Assembly (NCBI GenBank): GCA_963716745.1
Contig: OY970320.1
Span: 1,760,001 to 1,824,000, forward strand
Source: an uncultured Gemmatimonadaceae bacterium
Lineage (GTDB): Bacteria > Gemmatimonadota > Gemmatimonadetes > Gemmatimonadales > Gemmatimonadaceae
DNA length: 64,000 nt
Reading direction: 5' to 3'
Positions 1 through 9,274 of this stretch are shown here, piece after piece. The notes beneath the pieces are model-generated. The model was given only the letters and a program-made list of their open reading frames with translations, searched no databases and was not told the DNA's origin. Within the stretch, counting starts at the first letter, position 1. The number at the start of each line of letters is the position of its first letter. A program made the translations under genes and the position numbers.

Positions 1-583
1 TGAGCACGTCGCGGCCGGCGAACGCGAGTACGAGGTCCTGCGACTCCACACCCGCCCGCTCGGCGGGAGAGTCGGGCTCCACTGTCTCGACCAGCGGATA
101 ATCCTTGAACCGCATCATGCGGCGGCCGCTGTCCGAATAGGTCGTGTACGAGCCGGAGAAGGTGATGCCCAGCCAGCCGGAAGGCGGGCGCGGCGTGACG
201 CGGATCGTCATCGGATCCATGTAGATCTTCATCGCCTGCTGCTGCGCGACGCTGATCTCCACGCTCATCATCCGCATCACGAACCGGTCGTACGCGCGCT
301 TGGAGACTTCATAGCTCGTGTTCGACTGATAGTACGCCGCTTGCGAGGACGAATCGTTCTTCTCGAGCATCGCTTCGCGCGCGTCAATGGCCGCCTCGTA
401 GCGTTTGTCCATCTCGGCGCGCAGCGCCTGCTCTTGTGCGCGCATCTTCTCCAATTCGGCGCACTGCGCACACGGCGCAGCCTTGGGAGTCGGTGCGGGC
501 GGCGCCTCCTGTTGCGACGCCACGGGCGCGGCGAACGCCGCCGCAAGAAGGAACAGTGCGATCGATCCTGTGGAGCGCATCAT
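1..583 (-). CDS. Secreted PDZ-domain protein (runs off the window edge)
   Basis: Hand-translated and absent from the ORF track. MMRSTGSIALFLLAAAFAAPVAS is a signal peptide, followed by a coiled-coil-like segment and PDZ signatures GWLGITFSG ... VETVEPDSPAERAGVESQDLVLAFAGRDV. Open to position 1. Confidence 0.8.
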   Translation of the reverse strand, partial: MMRSTGSIALFLLAAAFAAPVASQQEAPPAPTPKAAPCAQCAELEKMRAQEQALRAEMDKRYEAAIDAREAMLEKNDSSSQAAYYQSNTSYEVSKRAYDRFVMRMMSVEISVAQQQAMKIYMDPMTIRVTPRPPSGWLGITFSGSYTTYSDSGRRMMRFKDYPLVETVEPDSPAERAGVESQDLVLAFAGRDVL

Positions 584-589
584 GATTCT

Positions 590-1306
590 CTAGTAGCTCG
601 TGAGCCTGACGCCGGCGGGGAGCGTGCTGCCGAGCTGCTGCAGCGTGACTTCCCGCGCGCTGCGCGCGGAGAGGAGGTATTGGTTGAGGATCGGATCATT
701 GGGCGACGCGTTCACCGCCTGCAACGCGGCGTCCGACACCTTGTCGAGCGCGGCGAGGCGCGAGCGATAACGGTCGGTATCGCCGCGGCCGTACGAGCTG
801 TCGTGCGCCGCGATGAACGCCGCGGCCACGCGGTAGTCGTGCTCCGCGCGCTGCATCACGGTGAGCGCGTCGGTGAGCGTCGTGATCTTCGTTCCGTCCA
901 GCGCGACGATGCCGCGCGTGGACGCGAGCTGCGCCGGCGTCGAGGAGCCCGATCCCGAGCCGAGGCCCACGTCGAGCGGCTGGCCCGGCGCGGTGAAGCG
1001 GCCGAGCGCGAGCGCGCTGGCGGCGACCACGATCACGGCGGCGGCGCGCATCCAGGGACGCACGCGCGCGGCGAGCGAGCCGTCGCGGATCACGCCCGCG
1101 TCGCGGAGCGCCGGCGCGAGCGCGCTCCACGAGGTGAGCGGCGCGTCGAGCACCGCCTCTCGCGTGCGCGCACCCGCGTTGCGCAGGGCGCGGTAGACTG
1201 CGGCCTCACGGGCGCAGGCGACGCACTCGGCGAGGTGCTCCGCTTCCGTCGCGTTCGGTTCGGTGTCGGCCAGTGCGGCCAGAGCTTCAGCGTTGAGGTG
1301 CGGCAT
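590..1306 (-). CDS. Zinc-binding anti-sigma factor (ZAS-type), single TM
   Basis: HLAECVAC fits the HxxxCxxC motif near the N-terminus, followed by a hydrophobic helix (WMRAAAVIVVAASALALG). Overlaps the 3' end of the ECF sigma gene. Confidence 0.75.
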   Translation of the reverse strand: MPHLNAEALAALADTEPNATEAEHLAECVACAREAAVYRALRNAGARTREAVLDAPLTSWSALAPALRDAGVIRDGSLAARVRPWMRAAAVIVVAASALALGRFTAPGQPLDVGLGSGSGSSTPAQLASTRGIVALDGTKITTLTDALTVMQRAEHDYRVAAAFIAAHDSSYGRGDTDRYRSRLAALDKVSDAALQAVNASPNDPILNQYLLSARSAREVTLQQLGSTLPAGVRLTSY

Positions 1307-1862
1307 GTCCGTAACCCATTGCCGGCGTCGGGTCATCCATCAGGTGCGCGAGCAGCCGGCGAAGCTTCGCGCGTGCCTTGAACAGTTGTGATTTCGATGC
1401 GCCTGCGGTGATGCCCAGCTGTGTCGCGATATCCTCGTGCGTATAGCCTTCCACGTCGTGCAGCGTCCAGACCGTGCGTGCGCCCGGCGGCAGTTGCGCC
1501 GCCGCCTGCTCGATCGATTCCGCGAGGAATCCGCGGTCGTGATCATCGCTCACGCTCACGCTGTCCTCTTCGATCTCCACTTCCACCTTCCCGAGCCGCC
1601 GCACTTTGCGCAGCGCGTTCAGCGTGCGGTTCACCGCGATCCGATGCGCCCACGTGCTGAACTGCGAGTCGCCGCGGAACGTCGGCAGCGCGCGGAAGAT
1701 CTGGATCCACACATCCTGCGCGATGTCGGCCGCCAGATCGCGGTCCTCCGCGAAGCGGAGCACCACCGCATCAATGTGCGGCGCATACTGCGACCAGAGC
1801 TGGCGCAGCGCGCGTTCGTCGCCATTGATGGCGCGGCGGATCGTGATCGAGTCCGGTTCCAT
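1287..1862 (-). CDS. ECF RNA polymerase sigma-70 factor
   Basis: Region 2 (DIAQDVWIQIFRALPTFRGDSQFSTWAHRIAVN) and region 4 (LHDVEGYTHEDIATQLGITAGASKSQLFKAR). Alternative TTG start at 1874. Confidence 0.95.
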   Translation of the reverse strand: MEPDSITIRRAINGDERALRQLWSQYAPHIDAVVLRFAEDRDLAADIAQDVWIQIFRALPTFRGDSQFSTWAHRIAVNRTLNALRKVRRLGKVEVEIEEDSVSVSDDHDRGFLAESIEQAAAQLPPGARTVWTLHDVEGYTHEDIATQLGITAGASKSQLFKARAKLRRLLAHLMDDPTPAMGYGHAAPQR

Positions 1863-1928
1863 GAGCTCGTCCAATTGGTCACTGTGGGAGCGCGCAGGGT
1901 TGCCACGAACAGCGCCCCGCGCCCTCCC

Positions 1929-1954
1929 TACGCGGCGCGCTGCGAGTCGTTACA
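1929..1954 (-). promoter_or_regulatory. Putative ECF-type (autoregulatory) promoter
   Basis: TGTAAC-N16-CGTA on the minus strand about 70 nt upstream of the sigma gene, matching the usual ECF AAC/CGT promoter pattern. Confidence 0.5.
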
Positions 1955-2017
1955 GCCAGTGCCGCGCTTCGTCCCTCCTACACCACGCGGCACGCTTCCT
2001 CCCTCCAGGATCCCCCA

Positions 2018-4123
2018 GTGGCATCTCCCTCCGGATCGGCCGGCGCGACCGCGCCCTCGCGCGACTCGGCTCTTCGCCTGGCCGGCTTCTCCTTCCTGAT
2101 CTTGTTCCTGGAACTCGCCCTGATCCGGTATGTCGCCGCCTATGTGCGCGTGTTCGGGTTCTACGTCAATTTCGTGCTCATCGCCACCTTCCTCGGCATG
2201 GGCGTCGGGCTGCTTCGCGCGGCGTCCGCCCAGCGCCTGAAGTGGATGGGTCCGGTGGTGCTCGTCGCGCTGCTCGGACTCGTGAGAGTGTTCGCCGCCA
2301 CCTCGATCCGAGTCAATCCCGATGAGCACGAGGCACTCTGGTCGATCTTCCCGCACGTCAGCGGCGAGATCGCGATCGTGCCGGCAGTGCTCATCCTGTT
2401 CACGATGTGCACGCTGCTCTTCGTGCCGCTCGGCGCGCTCATGGGCGCCGAGTTCCGGAAGTTCCGCCCACTCGTCGCGTACTCGTACGACATCGGCGGC
2501 AGTCTCGCGGGCGTGATCCTCTTCGGCCTCATGAGCGCGCTGCACACCGTTCCGCTCGCGTGGTTCGCGATCGCGCTGGCGGTCTGGTTCGCGCTGTCGC
2601 TCGACGACCGCCGGTTCATCGTCGCACTCGCGCCGCTCGGCGCGGCCGCGCTGCTGCTCGTGGCGAAGACTGCCGCGCCGCAGGGAGAATACTGGTCGCC
2701 GTATTACCGCATTACGACCGACCATCGCGCCAATCTCACGCGCGTCAGCGTGAACGGCGCGCTGCATCAGTACATGGTGAACTTCGCCGCTGCCGGCGAC
2801 ACCGGGCGCGGCAAGCTCGGCGCGTTCATCGCGCAAACGAAGTCGGCGTACCTGCTGCCGTATTCGTTCGTGCCGAGCGTGGACACCGCGCTCGTCGTCG
2901 GCGCGGGCACGGGCAACGACGTGGCGCTCCTGCTGGGACTCGGTGCCAAGTACATCGACGCCGTCGAGATCGATCCGACGATCTACTCGCTCGGCAAGAG
3001 CGAGCATTTCATGCACCCGTACAATGACCCGCGGGTGCACGTGCATGTGAACGACGCGCGTGCCTTCCTTCGCCGGTCGTCGCAGCATTACGACGTGATC
3101 ACAATGGGCACGCTCGACAGCCAAACACTGCTCTCCGGCATGAGCTCGGTGCGGCTCGACAACTACGTGTACACGGTGGAGTCGATGGAGTCGGCGCGCG
3201 ACCATCTCAAGCCCGACGGCAGTCTCATCGCGTACCATCTCTCGCCCCGCCCGTACATCGCGGCGAAGGTGTTCCAGATCATCGCCGTGGCGTTCGGGCA
3301 GCCGCCGCGCGCGATCCGGCAGGACAGCGGATTGTTCAATCTCACCGTGATCGCGGGCGCCGGCGCGGCGGGCGCACACCTGCTGCCGAAGGATTCCGTG
3401 CTGCTCGCCGAGGTCACGCTGCCGCACGACGACTGGCCATATCTGTATCTGAGCGAGCCGGTGATCCCAGCGCACTATCTCACCGCGTTGGCCGGCGTGC
3501 TGGCCATCGCAGTATTGCTCATCGGCGTCGCGGGATGGGGCGAGCTCCGGCGCCGCGAGCGCGAGGATGCCGACCGGCGCGGCGACATCGCGCTCTTCGC
3601 GATGGGCGTGGGATTCTTGCTGCTCGAATCGAAGAGTGTCACCGAGATGTCGCTCCTGTTCGGCTCGACGTGGAACGTGAACCTCCTCGTGTTCGGCTCC
3701 ATTCTCGTCGTGATCGGCGCGGCGAACGGGATCGTGATGCGCTTCGAGCGCGCGATGTTGCCGAAGTTGTTCATCGGACTCTTCGCCACGCTGGCGCTCG
3801 CGTACGCGGTGCCGGCGCACGCGCTCCTCGGCCTTGGGACGGCGGGTGAGTGGTTCGTGGGCGGACTGCTCGTGGCGCTGCCGATCTTCTTCGCGGCGTC
3901 GATCTTCGCGCTGTTGCTCCGCGACCGTGCCGACGCGACGCGCGGGCTCGCGTGCAATCTCCTCGGCGCGATCATCGGCGGCGTGCTCGAATACGGCGCA
4001 ATGGTGGTCGGCATCAAGGCGCTGTATCTGATCGCGGGCGCGGCCTATCTGTGCGCGATGGTCGCGGCGCTGGCACCCGCGACCGAAACGGTTGCGGTAC
4101 CCCAGGCCGAGCCCGCGGCGTAG
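2018..4123 (+). CDS. Membrane-embedded spermidine-synthase-like SAM-dependent transferase
   Basis: N-terminal TM bundle, central class I SAM fold (LVVGAGTGND, DAVEIDP, HVNDARAFL, YDVI), then DDWPYLY and a C-terminal TM bundle. Confidence 0.8.
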   Translation: MASPSGSAGATAPSRDSALRLAGFSFLILFLELALIRYVAAYVRVFGFYVNFVLIATFLGMGVGLLRAASAQRLKWMGPVVLVALLGLVRVFAATSIRVNPDEHEALWSIFPHVSGEIAIVPAVLILFTMCTLLFVPLGALMGAEFRKFRPLVAYSYDIGGSLAGVILFGLMSALHTVPLAWFAIALAVWFALSLDDRRFIVALAPLGAAALLLVAKTAAPQGEYWSPYYRITTDHRANLTRVSVNGALHQYMVNFAAAGDTGRGKLGAFIAQTKSAYLLPYSFVPSVDTALVVGAGTGNDVALLLGLGAKYIDAVEIDPTIYSLGKSEHFMHPYNDPRVHVHVNDARAFLRRSSQHYDVITMGTLDSQTLLSGMSSVRLDNYVYTVESMESARDHLKPDGSLIAYHLSPRPYIAAKVFQIIAVAFGQPPRAIRQDSGLFNLTVIAGAGAAGAHLLPKDSVLLAEVTLPHDDWPYLYLSEPVIPAHYLTALAGVLAIAVLLIGVAGWGELRRREREDADRRGDIALFAMGVGFLLLESKSVTEMSLLFGSTWNVNLLVFGSILVVIGAANGIVMRFERAMLPKLFIGLFATLALAYAVPAHALLGLGTAGEWFVGGLLVALPIFFAASIFALLLRDRADATRGLACNLLGAIIGGVLEYGAMVVGIKALYLIAGAAYLCAMVAALAPATETVAVPQAEPAA

Positions 4124-4232
4124 GCCGAATCCGGGAACTCTTCGGCCGTTACAACGCCTTGTCCCGTAGCGTCTTGAGTGTGCGCCCCGTTAGTCTTCGT
4201 TGTAGCCAATTCCCTCCGTCGTTCGGGTCACT

Positions 4233-5588
4233 TTGCTCCTCCATGCACTGCTCATCGCCGGCGCCGCCGCGCTGCCCGCCCCCGGTCTCCCCGTCAAGAG
4301 TCCGGCGAGCGTTGGCATGTCCGCGAAGCGCCTGGAGTCCATCGATCGCATCGTGAAGCGAGGCGTGAACGCCGGTGGGTATCCTGGCGCCGCCGTCGTC
4401 GTGGGCCGCAAGGGCGCGATGGTCTGGCAGAAGGGATTCGGCCGCGTGTCGTGGGGATCGAAGTCGCCGCCGGTGAAACCGGGCGAGACGATCTACGATC
4501 TCGCATCGCTCACGAAGGTCGTGGGCACGACCACCGCGATCATGCTGTTGTACGACGAAGGGCGCATCGAGCTGGACAAGCCCGTGCGCGAGTACCTGCC
4601 TGAATTCTCCGGCGGCGACAAGGACAGTGTCACGATCCGCGAGCTGCTCGAGCACCGCTCCGGACTACCCGCCGACCGCGACATCTGGAAGATGGCGCAC
4701 AATCCGATCGACGCGCGCGCCGCCGTGATCGGCGTGCCGCTCGTCTGCCGTCCGGGCGATTGCTACGTGTACTCCGATCTCGGCGCCATCGTGCTCGGCC
4801 TCGTCGCTGAACGCGTGACAGGCCAGGGTCTCGACGTGTACTTGCACGAGCGCGTGTTCGCACCGCTCGGCATGACGCACACGTTCTTCCGTCCCGCGGA
4901 TTCGCTGCGCAAGAAGATCGCGCCAACGGCGATCACGCCCAACGGCGACTACATGGTGCGGGGCGTCGTGAATGATGAGAACGCCGCGGCGCTCGGCGGC
5001 GTGGCGGGCCACGCGGGACTGTTCAGCACCGCCGGCGATCTCGCGGTGTTCTCGCAGATGCTGCTCAACGGCGGCGTGTACGACGGCGTGCGCATCGTGA
5101 GCGATTCCGCGGTGCGCCTGTTCACCACGCGCGCGGCCGGCAGCCGCGCGCTCGGATGGGCGATGGCCGACGGCCAGTGGGGATCGGGGCGCTATCTCTC
5201 CGACGGTTCGTTCGGCCACGTGGGATTCACCGGCACGTCGATCTGGATCGATCCGACGCGGGAGATGTTCGTCATCCTCCTCACGAACCGCGTGTACAAG
5301 CCGAAAGTGCGCGGGAGCTTCAAGGCGATCGCGGACATCCGCGCCGATCTCGCGGATGCGGCGGCGGTGAGTGTCACCGACGATCCCGACCAGTTGCTCG
5401 CGATGCCGGATTCGTATCGCTCGGAATTGCGCCATGGGTGGAACCCGCGTCCGCCGCGCCGGCACCACACGCACCACACGCCGCACAGCTCGACCTCGAA
5501 GGGCAAGTCGTCCGGCGGCAAGAAGACCTCGGTCAAGAGCGCGTCCGCGACCAAGCCGTCGGCGGCGCGCGCGTCCGGAGCCAAATGA
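4233..5588 (+). CDS. Serine hydrolase, beta-lactamase/AmpC-like family, secreted
   Basis: YDLASLTK (SxxK), LLEHRSGLP, YSD, GHAGLFST and GHVGFTGT motifs. Signal peptide and a basic low-complexity tail. Confidence 0.9.
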   Translation: MLLHALLIAGAAALPAPGLPVKSPASVGMSAKRLESIDRIVKRGVNAGGYPGAAVVVGRKGAMVWQKGFGRVSWGSKSPPVKPGETIYDLASLTKVVGTTTAIMLLYDEGRIELDKPVREYLPEFSGGDKDSVTIRELLEHRSGLPADRDIWKMAHNPIDARAAVIGVPLVCRPGDCYVYSDLGAIVLGLVAERVTGQGLDVYLHERVFAPLGMTHTFFRPADSLRKKIAPTAITPNGDYMVRGVVNDENAAALGGVAGHAGLFSTAGDLAVFSQMLLNGGVYDGVRIVSDSAVRLFTTRAAGSRALGWAMADGQWGSGRYLSDGSFGHVGFTGTSIWIDPTREMFVILLTNRVYKPKVRGSFKAIADIRADLADAAAVSVTDDPDQLLAMPDSYRSELRHGWNPRPPRRHHTHHTPHSSTSKGKSSGGKKTSVKSASATKPSAARASGAK

Positions 5589-5899
5589 CCGCGCCGGCGG
5601 CGAGCGTGACCGAGGATCAGATAAGGCTCGCGCTGCGCCGCGTGAAGGACCCTGAGCTGAACCTGAACATCATCGACATCGGGCTCGTGTACGGGATCAC
5701 CGTCACCGGCGGCGACGTGGTGATCGACTTGTCGCTCACGTCGCCCGGTTGCCCGAGCGGTCCCGAGATCATGACCGGCGCCGAAGAGGCCGCGCGCGGC
5801 GTGGACGGCGTGACGGGCGTGGCCGTGAACCTGGTGTGGGATCCGCCCTGGACGCCGGATCGGATCGAGCCGCGGATCAGAACTTATCTAGGGTTCTAA
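5585..5899 (+). CDS. Metal-sulfur cluster assembly factor (DUF59/SufT-like)
   Basis: VKDPELNLNIIDIGLVY ... LTSPGCP ... VWDPPWTPDRI. ATGA overlap with the upstream stop. Confidence 0.9.
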   Translation: MTAPAASVTEDQIRLALRRVKDPELNLNIIDIGLVYGITVTGGDVVIDLSLTSPGCPSGPEIMTGAEEAARGVDGVTGVAVNLVWDPPWTPDRIEPRIRTYLGF

Positions 5900-5919
5900 C
5901 CGAAGTTCGGGGTGCACGC

Positions 5920-7065
5920 TCAGCCCTTCATCGCGCGCACGGCTGCGTCTCCCAGCACTCCCGCCTGCCATTTCTTGATCCCGGGGACAGCGGACAGTTC
6001 CGCCAGTGACGTCGGCTTCGCGCGCGCGATGGACTCGAGCCGCTCGCGCGATGCGAGCACGCCCGGGTCGAGATCGAGCTTGGCCGCGGCCGCTTCGCGC
6101 ACTCCGCGCAGCCGGTTCACGCGCTCATCGAATTCCGCGTCCTTGTCCCAGCGCGCGGCGCGCGGGTAGCGCGGGAGCGAATCCTCCGGCAGCGCGACGC
6201 CTCGCGCCACTGCGTCGATCAGATCCCGCCCGCGGCGCTCGGCGATGCCGCGCGGCATCCCCTTGATCGTGCTCAGGTCGGCGGTCGATTTCGGTTGCAG
6301 CTTCGCCAGTTCGAACAGCACCTCGTTGCCCATCACGCGGAAGGTCGCCCGGTCGAGCTCCTTCGCCACCGAATTCCGCCACGCGACGATCTCGCCGAGC
6401 ACCGCGAGTTCGCGGCGCGAGAGATCGCGCGCGCCCTTCATGCGCATGAACGCGGTGGACGGATCCTCGCGCTCCCACTTCGTGCCCTCGAGGCCTTCGA
6501 ACTCCTCCGCCGCCCAGGAGAGCCGGCCCATCTTGTCGAGCTCCGCGCGCATCTTGTCGCTCAGGTCGAGCAGGAACGCGGTGTCGAGCGCCGCGTAGTC
6601 GAGCATGCCCTTCGTGAGCGGGCGCAACGACCAATCGGCGCGCTGGAATTTCTTGTCGAGCTTCACGCCGAAGTACCGCTCGAGCAGCGCCGCGAGCCCG
6701 AAGGCCTTGATGCCGAGCAGCTGCGCGGCGATGCGCGTGTCGAAGATGTGGTTGACGTGCCAGCCGTAGTCCTGGTGCAGCAGGCGCAGATCGTAGTCGG
6801 CGTCGTGCAGCACGACCTCCACCGCGCGCGATTGGAGCAGCTCGCCCATGCGCGCGGGGGCGCCGATGGCGAGCGGATCGAGCACCGCGGTCACGCCGGG
6901 CGCGCTCACTTGCAGGAGGTAGATCCGGTCGACGAACCGGTGGAACGACGCGCCTTCCGTGTCGAGCGCGATCGCGCCCGTGAGCGGCAGCGACGCGAAG
7001 AACTTCTCGGCGGCGGCGGGCGTGTCAATGTAGAGCGGAGCGAGCGTGGCGATGCGCTGCGGCAA
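5920..7065 (-). CDS. rnd: Ribonuclease D
   Basis: DEDDy exonuclease motifs ALDTE, LHDADYDL, FDTRIAA, DWSLRPL, YAALD, followed by HRDC domains. Confidence 0.92.
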   Translation of the reverse strand: MPQRIATLAPLYIDTPAAAEKFFASLPLTGAIALDTEGASFHRFVDRIYLLQVSAPGVTAVLDPLAIGAPARMGELLQSRAVEVVLHDADYDLRLLHQDYGWHVNHIFDTRIAAQLLGIKAFGLAALLERYFGVKLDKKFQRADWSLRPLTKGMLDYAALDTAFLLDLSDKMRAELDKMGRLSWAAEEFEGLEGTKWEREDPSTAFMRMKGARDLSRRELAVLGEIVAWRNSVAKELDRATFRVMGNEVLFELAKLQPKSTADLSTIKGMPRGIAERRGRDLIDAVARGVALPEDSLPRYPRAARWDKDAEFDERVNRLRGVREAAAAKLDLDPGVLASRERLESIARAKPTSLAELSAVPGIKKWQAGVLGDAAVRAMKG

Positions 7066-7194
7066 GGCGATCCTCTTGAGGGCCGTTCGTCACGAAAGCT
7101 CTCACCAAGACCGTCGCGGCGGAAGCTTCCGCGCGGGCGCGGGCCGGTGCATCATCTTCCGGCGCTCTCCGCGAGAACCCGCTCCCAGGTGGTC

Positions 7195-8358
7195 ATGGCC
7201 TCCCCCGTTTACCGCTCGTCGCAGCCGATCCACCCGCGCTCGGATGGCTGGACCAACGCGGCCATCCTGCGCACTGCGTGCCTCGTCACGCTCGTCGGGG
7301 TGGTGCTCATCCTGCTCTGGCGCGCGAGCAATGTGATCCTGCTCGTGTTCCTCGGCGCGCTCTTCGGCATCGCGATCGCGCCGCTGGCCGACAAGCTGGC
7401 CAAGCGGCGCATCCCGCGCGGACTAAGCGCGGCCATCATAGTATTCGCGTTCCTCGGCGCGCTCACCGGCATCCTGTCGTACGTCGGCCCGACACTCATT
7501 CGCCAAGGCGGCGAGATCGAGAAGAACCTTCCGGCCTCGCTACTCCGGCTCGAGGCGTGGCTCAACGCACGCACCAACGGCGTGGCGAGCACGGTGATCT
7601 CCGACCAGGCCGCCGCCGCGTCGGGCGATACCACGGCGACGGCGCGTTCCACGCGCACGAAGCACGTGGACATCACGCAGCAGATCAACGACGGCATCAA
7701 CTTCGCAATGCGATACGTAGTGGACATCCTCGGCGCGTCGCTCACGGTGATCGCGGCAATCGGCCTGATGCTCGTGCTCGCGATCTATGTGGGAGCGGAG
7801 GCCGATCTCTACCGGCGCGGCCTGCTGTCGCTCTTCCCGCCACAGCTGCGCCCGCGCATCAACGAGGTCATGGCCGCGACGGCGCACACCCTGCGCAAGT
7901 GGCTGCTCGCGCAGTTCATCGCGATGGCGGTGATCGGGCTCGCGAGCTTCCTCGCCTTCTCGATCATCGGGATCCACGCCGCGTTCGCGCTCGCGCTCAT
8001 CGCCGGGCTGCTCGAATTCATCCCGACCCTCGGCCCGATCCTCAGCGGCTCGATCGCGGTCGCAATGGCATTCCTCGACTCGCCCAGCCAAGCGCTCTGG
8101 GTGCTCTTCGCCGCGATCGTGATCCAGCAGCTCGAGAACAACGTGCTGATCCCGATGCTCATGAAGGGCGGCATGGACCTCCCGCCCGCGCTCACGCTCG
8201 TGATGCAGGGACTCATGGCGATCCTGTTCGGCTTCGCCGGGATGCTCGTGGCCGTGCCGCTGCTTGCCGCGCTGATCGTGCCCGTACGGATGCTCTACAT
8301 CGAGGACACGCTCGGTGGCGGCCTCAAGTTCGAGGCGCCGGCGCCCGAGTCCGGATAG
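7195..8358 (+). CDS. AI-2E family transporter
   Basis: Polytopic with GLLEFIPTLGPIL and IQQLENNVLIPMLM motifs. The true start lies inside the longer 6295 ORF. Confidence 0.88.
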   Translation: MASPVYRSSQPIHPRSDGWTNAAILRTACLVTLVGVVLILLWRASNVILLVFLGALFGIAIAPLADKLAKRRIPRGLSAAIIVFAFLGALTGILSYVGPTLIRQGGEIEKNLPASLLRLEAWLNARTNGVASTVISDQAAAASGDTTATARSTRTKHVDITQQINDGINFAMRYVVDILGASLTVIAAIGLMLVLAIYVGAEADLYRRGLLSLFPPQLRPRINEVMAATAHTLRKWLLAQFIAMAVIGLASFLAFSIIGIHAAFALALIAGLLEFIPTLGPILSGSIAVAMAFLDSPSQALWVLFAAIVIQQLENNVLIPMLMKGGMDLPPALTLVMQGLMAILFGFAGMLVAVPLLAALIVPVRMLYIEDTLGGGLKFEAPAPESG

Positions 8359-8437
8359 CACGGCGCGCCGCCTGCCGCGCGCCGCGCGCGCCCGATATAC
8401 TTAGCTTCCTTCGCCCTCAACCCGTCGCCCGCGCTGA

Positions 8438-9274
8438 ATGCCCGCCGTCGCCAAGCAGCCATCCGTCCAGCAGCTCGAGACCACGGCGCGCTCCCTGCGC
8501 CGCCACATCCTCAAGATGATCGCCGCCGCCAACAGCGGACATCCCGGCGGGTCTCTCTCGGCGGTCGAGATCGTGACCGCGCTGTACTTCGGCGGCATCC
8601 TCCGCCACGACGCGAAACGCCCCGAATGGCCCGACCGCGACCGCTTCATCCTGAGCAAGGGACACGGCGCGCCGGTGCTCTACGCGGCGCTCGCCGAGTG
8701 CGGGTATTTCCCGGTGAGCGAGCTGATGACGCTCCGCCAGGTGAACTCGCGCATGCAGGGTCATCCGGTGCAAGGCATCACGCCGGGCGTCGAGGCCTCC
8801 ACCGGGTCGCTCGGCCAGGGACTCTCGATCGGCATCGGTCACGCGATCGCCGCGCGCCTCGATGGCAAGGACTACCACACGTACGTCCTGTTGGGCGATG
8901 GCGAGTGTCAGGAAGGCCAGGTGTGGGAGGCGGTCATGACCGCCGGCAATTACAAGCTCGGGTCGCTCACGGCGATCATCGATTCCAATCGCTATCAGCT
9001 CGACGGCGAGGTGCGGGACATCAATTCACTCGCGCCGCTCCCGGCCAAGTTCAAGGATTTCGGCTGGCACCCGCTCGAAGTGGACGGCCACGACGTGGCC
9101 GCCGTGATGCAGGCGCTCGACACAGCAAAGGCGAACCGCAACGGTCCGTCGTGCGTCATAGCCCATACCGTGAAGGGGAAGGGCGTGAGCTTCATGGAGA
9201 ACAACAACGAATTCCACGGGAAGGCGCCGACGCCCGATCAACTGAAGATGGCCCTTGCGGAGTTGGGCGAATGA
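8438..9274 (+). CDS. Transketolase, N-terminal (TPP-binding) subunit
   Basis: SGHPGG, RDRFILSKGH, STGSLGQG, LGDGE...EG, HTVKGKG and HGK motifs. Confidence 0.95.
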   Translation: MPAVAKQPSVQQLETTARSLRRHILKMIAAANSGHPGGSLSAVEIVTALYFGGILRHDAKRPEWPDRDRFILSKGHGAPVLYAALAECGYFPVSELMTLRQVNSRMQGHPVQGITPGVEASTGSLGQGLSIGIGHAIAARLDGKDYHTYVLLGDGECQEGQVWEAVMTAGNYKLGSLTAIIDSNRYQLDGEVRDINSLAPLPAKFKDFGWHPLEVDGHDVAAVMQALDTAKANRNGPSCVIAHTVKGKGVSFMENNNEFHGKAPTPDQLKMALAELGE

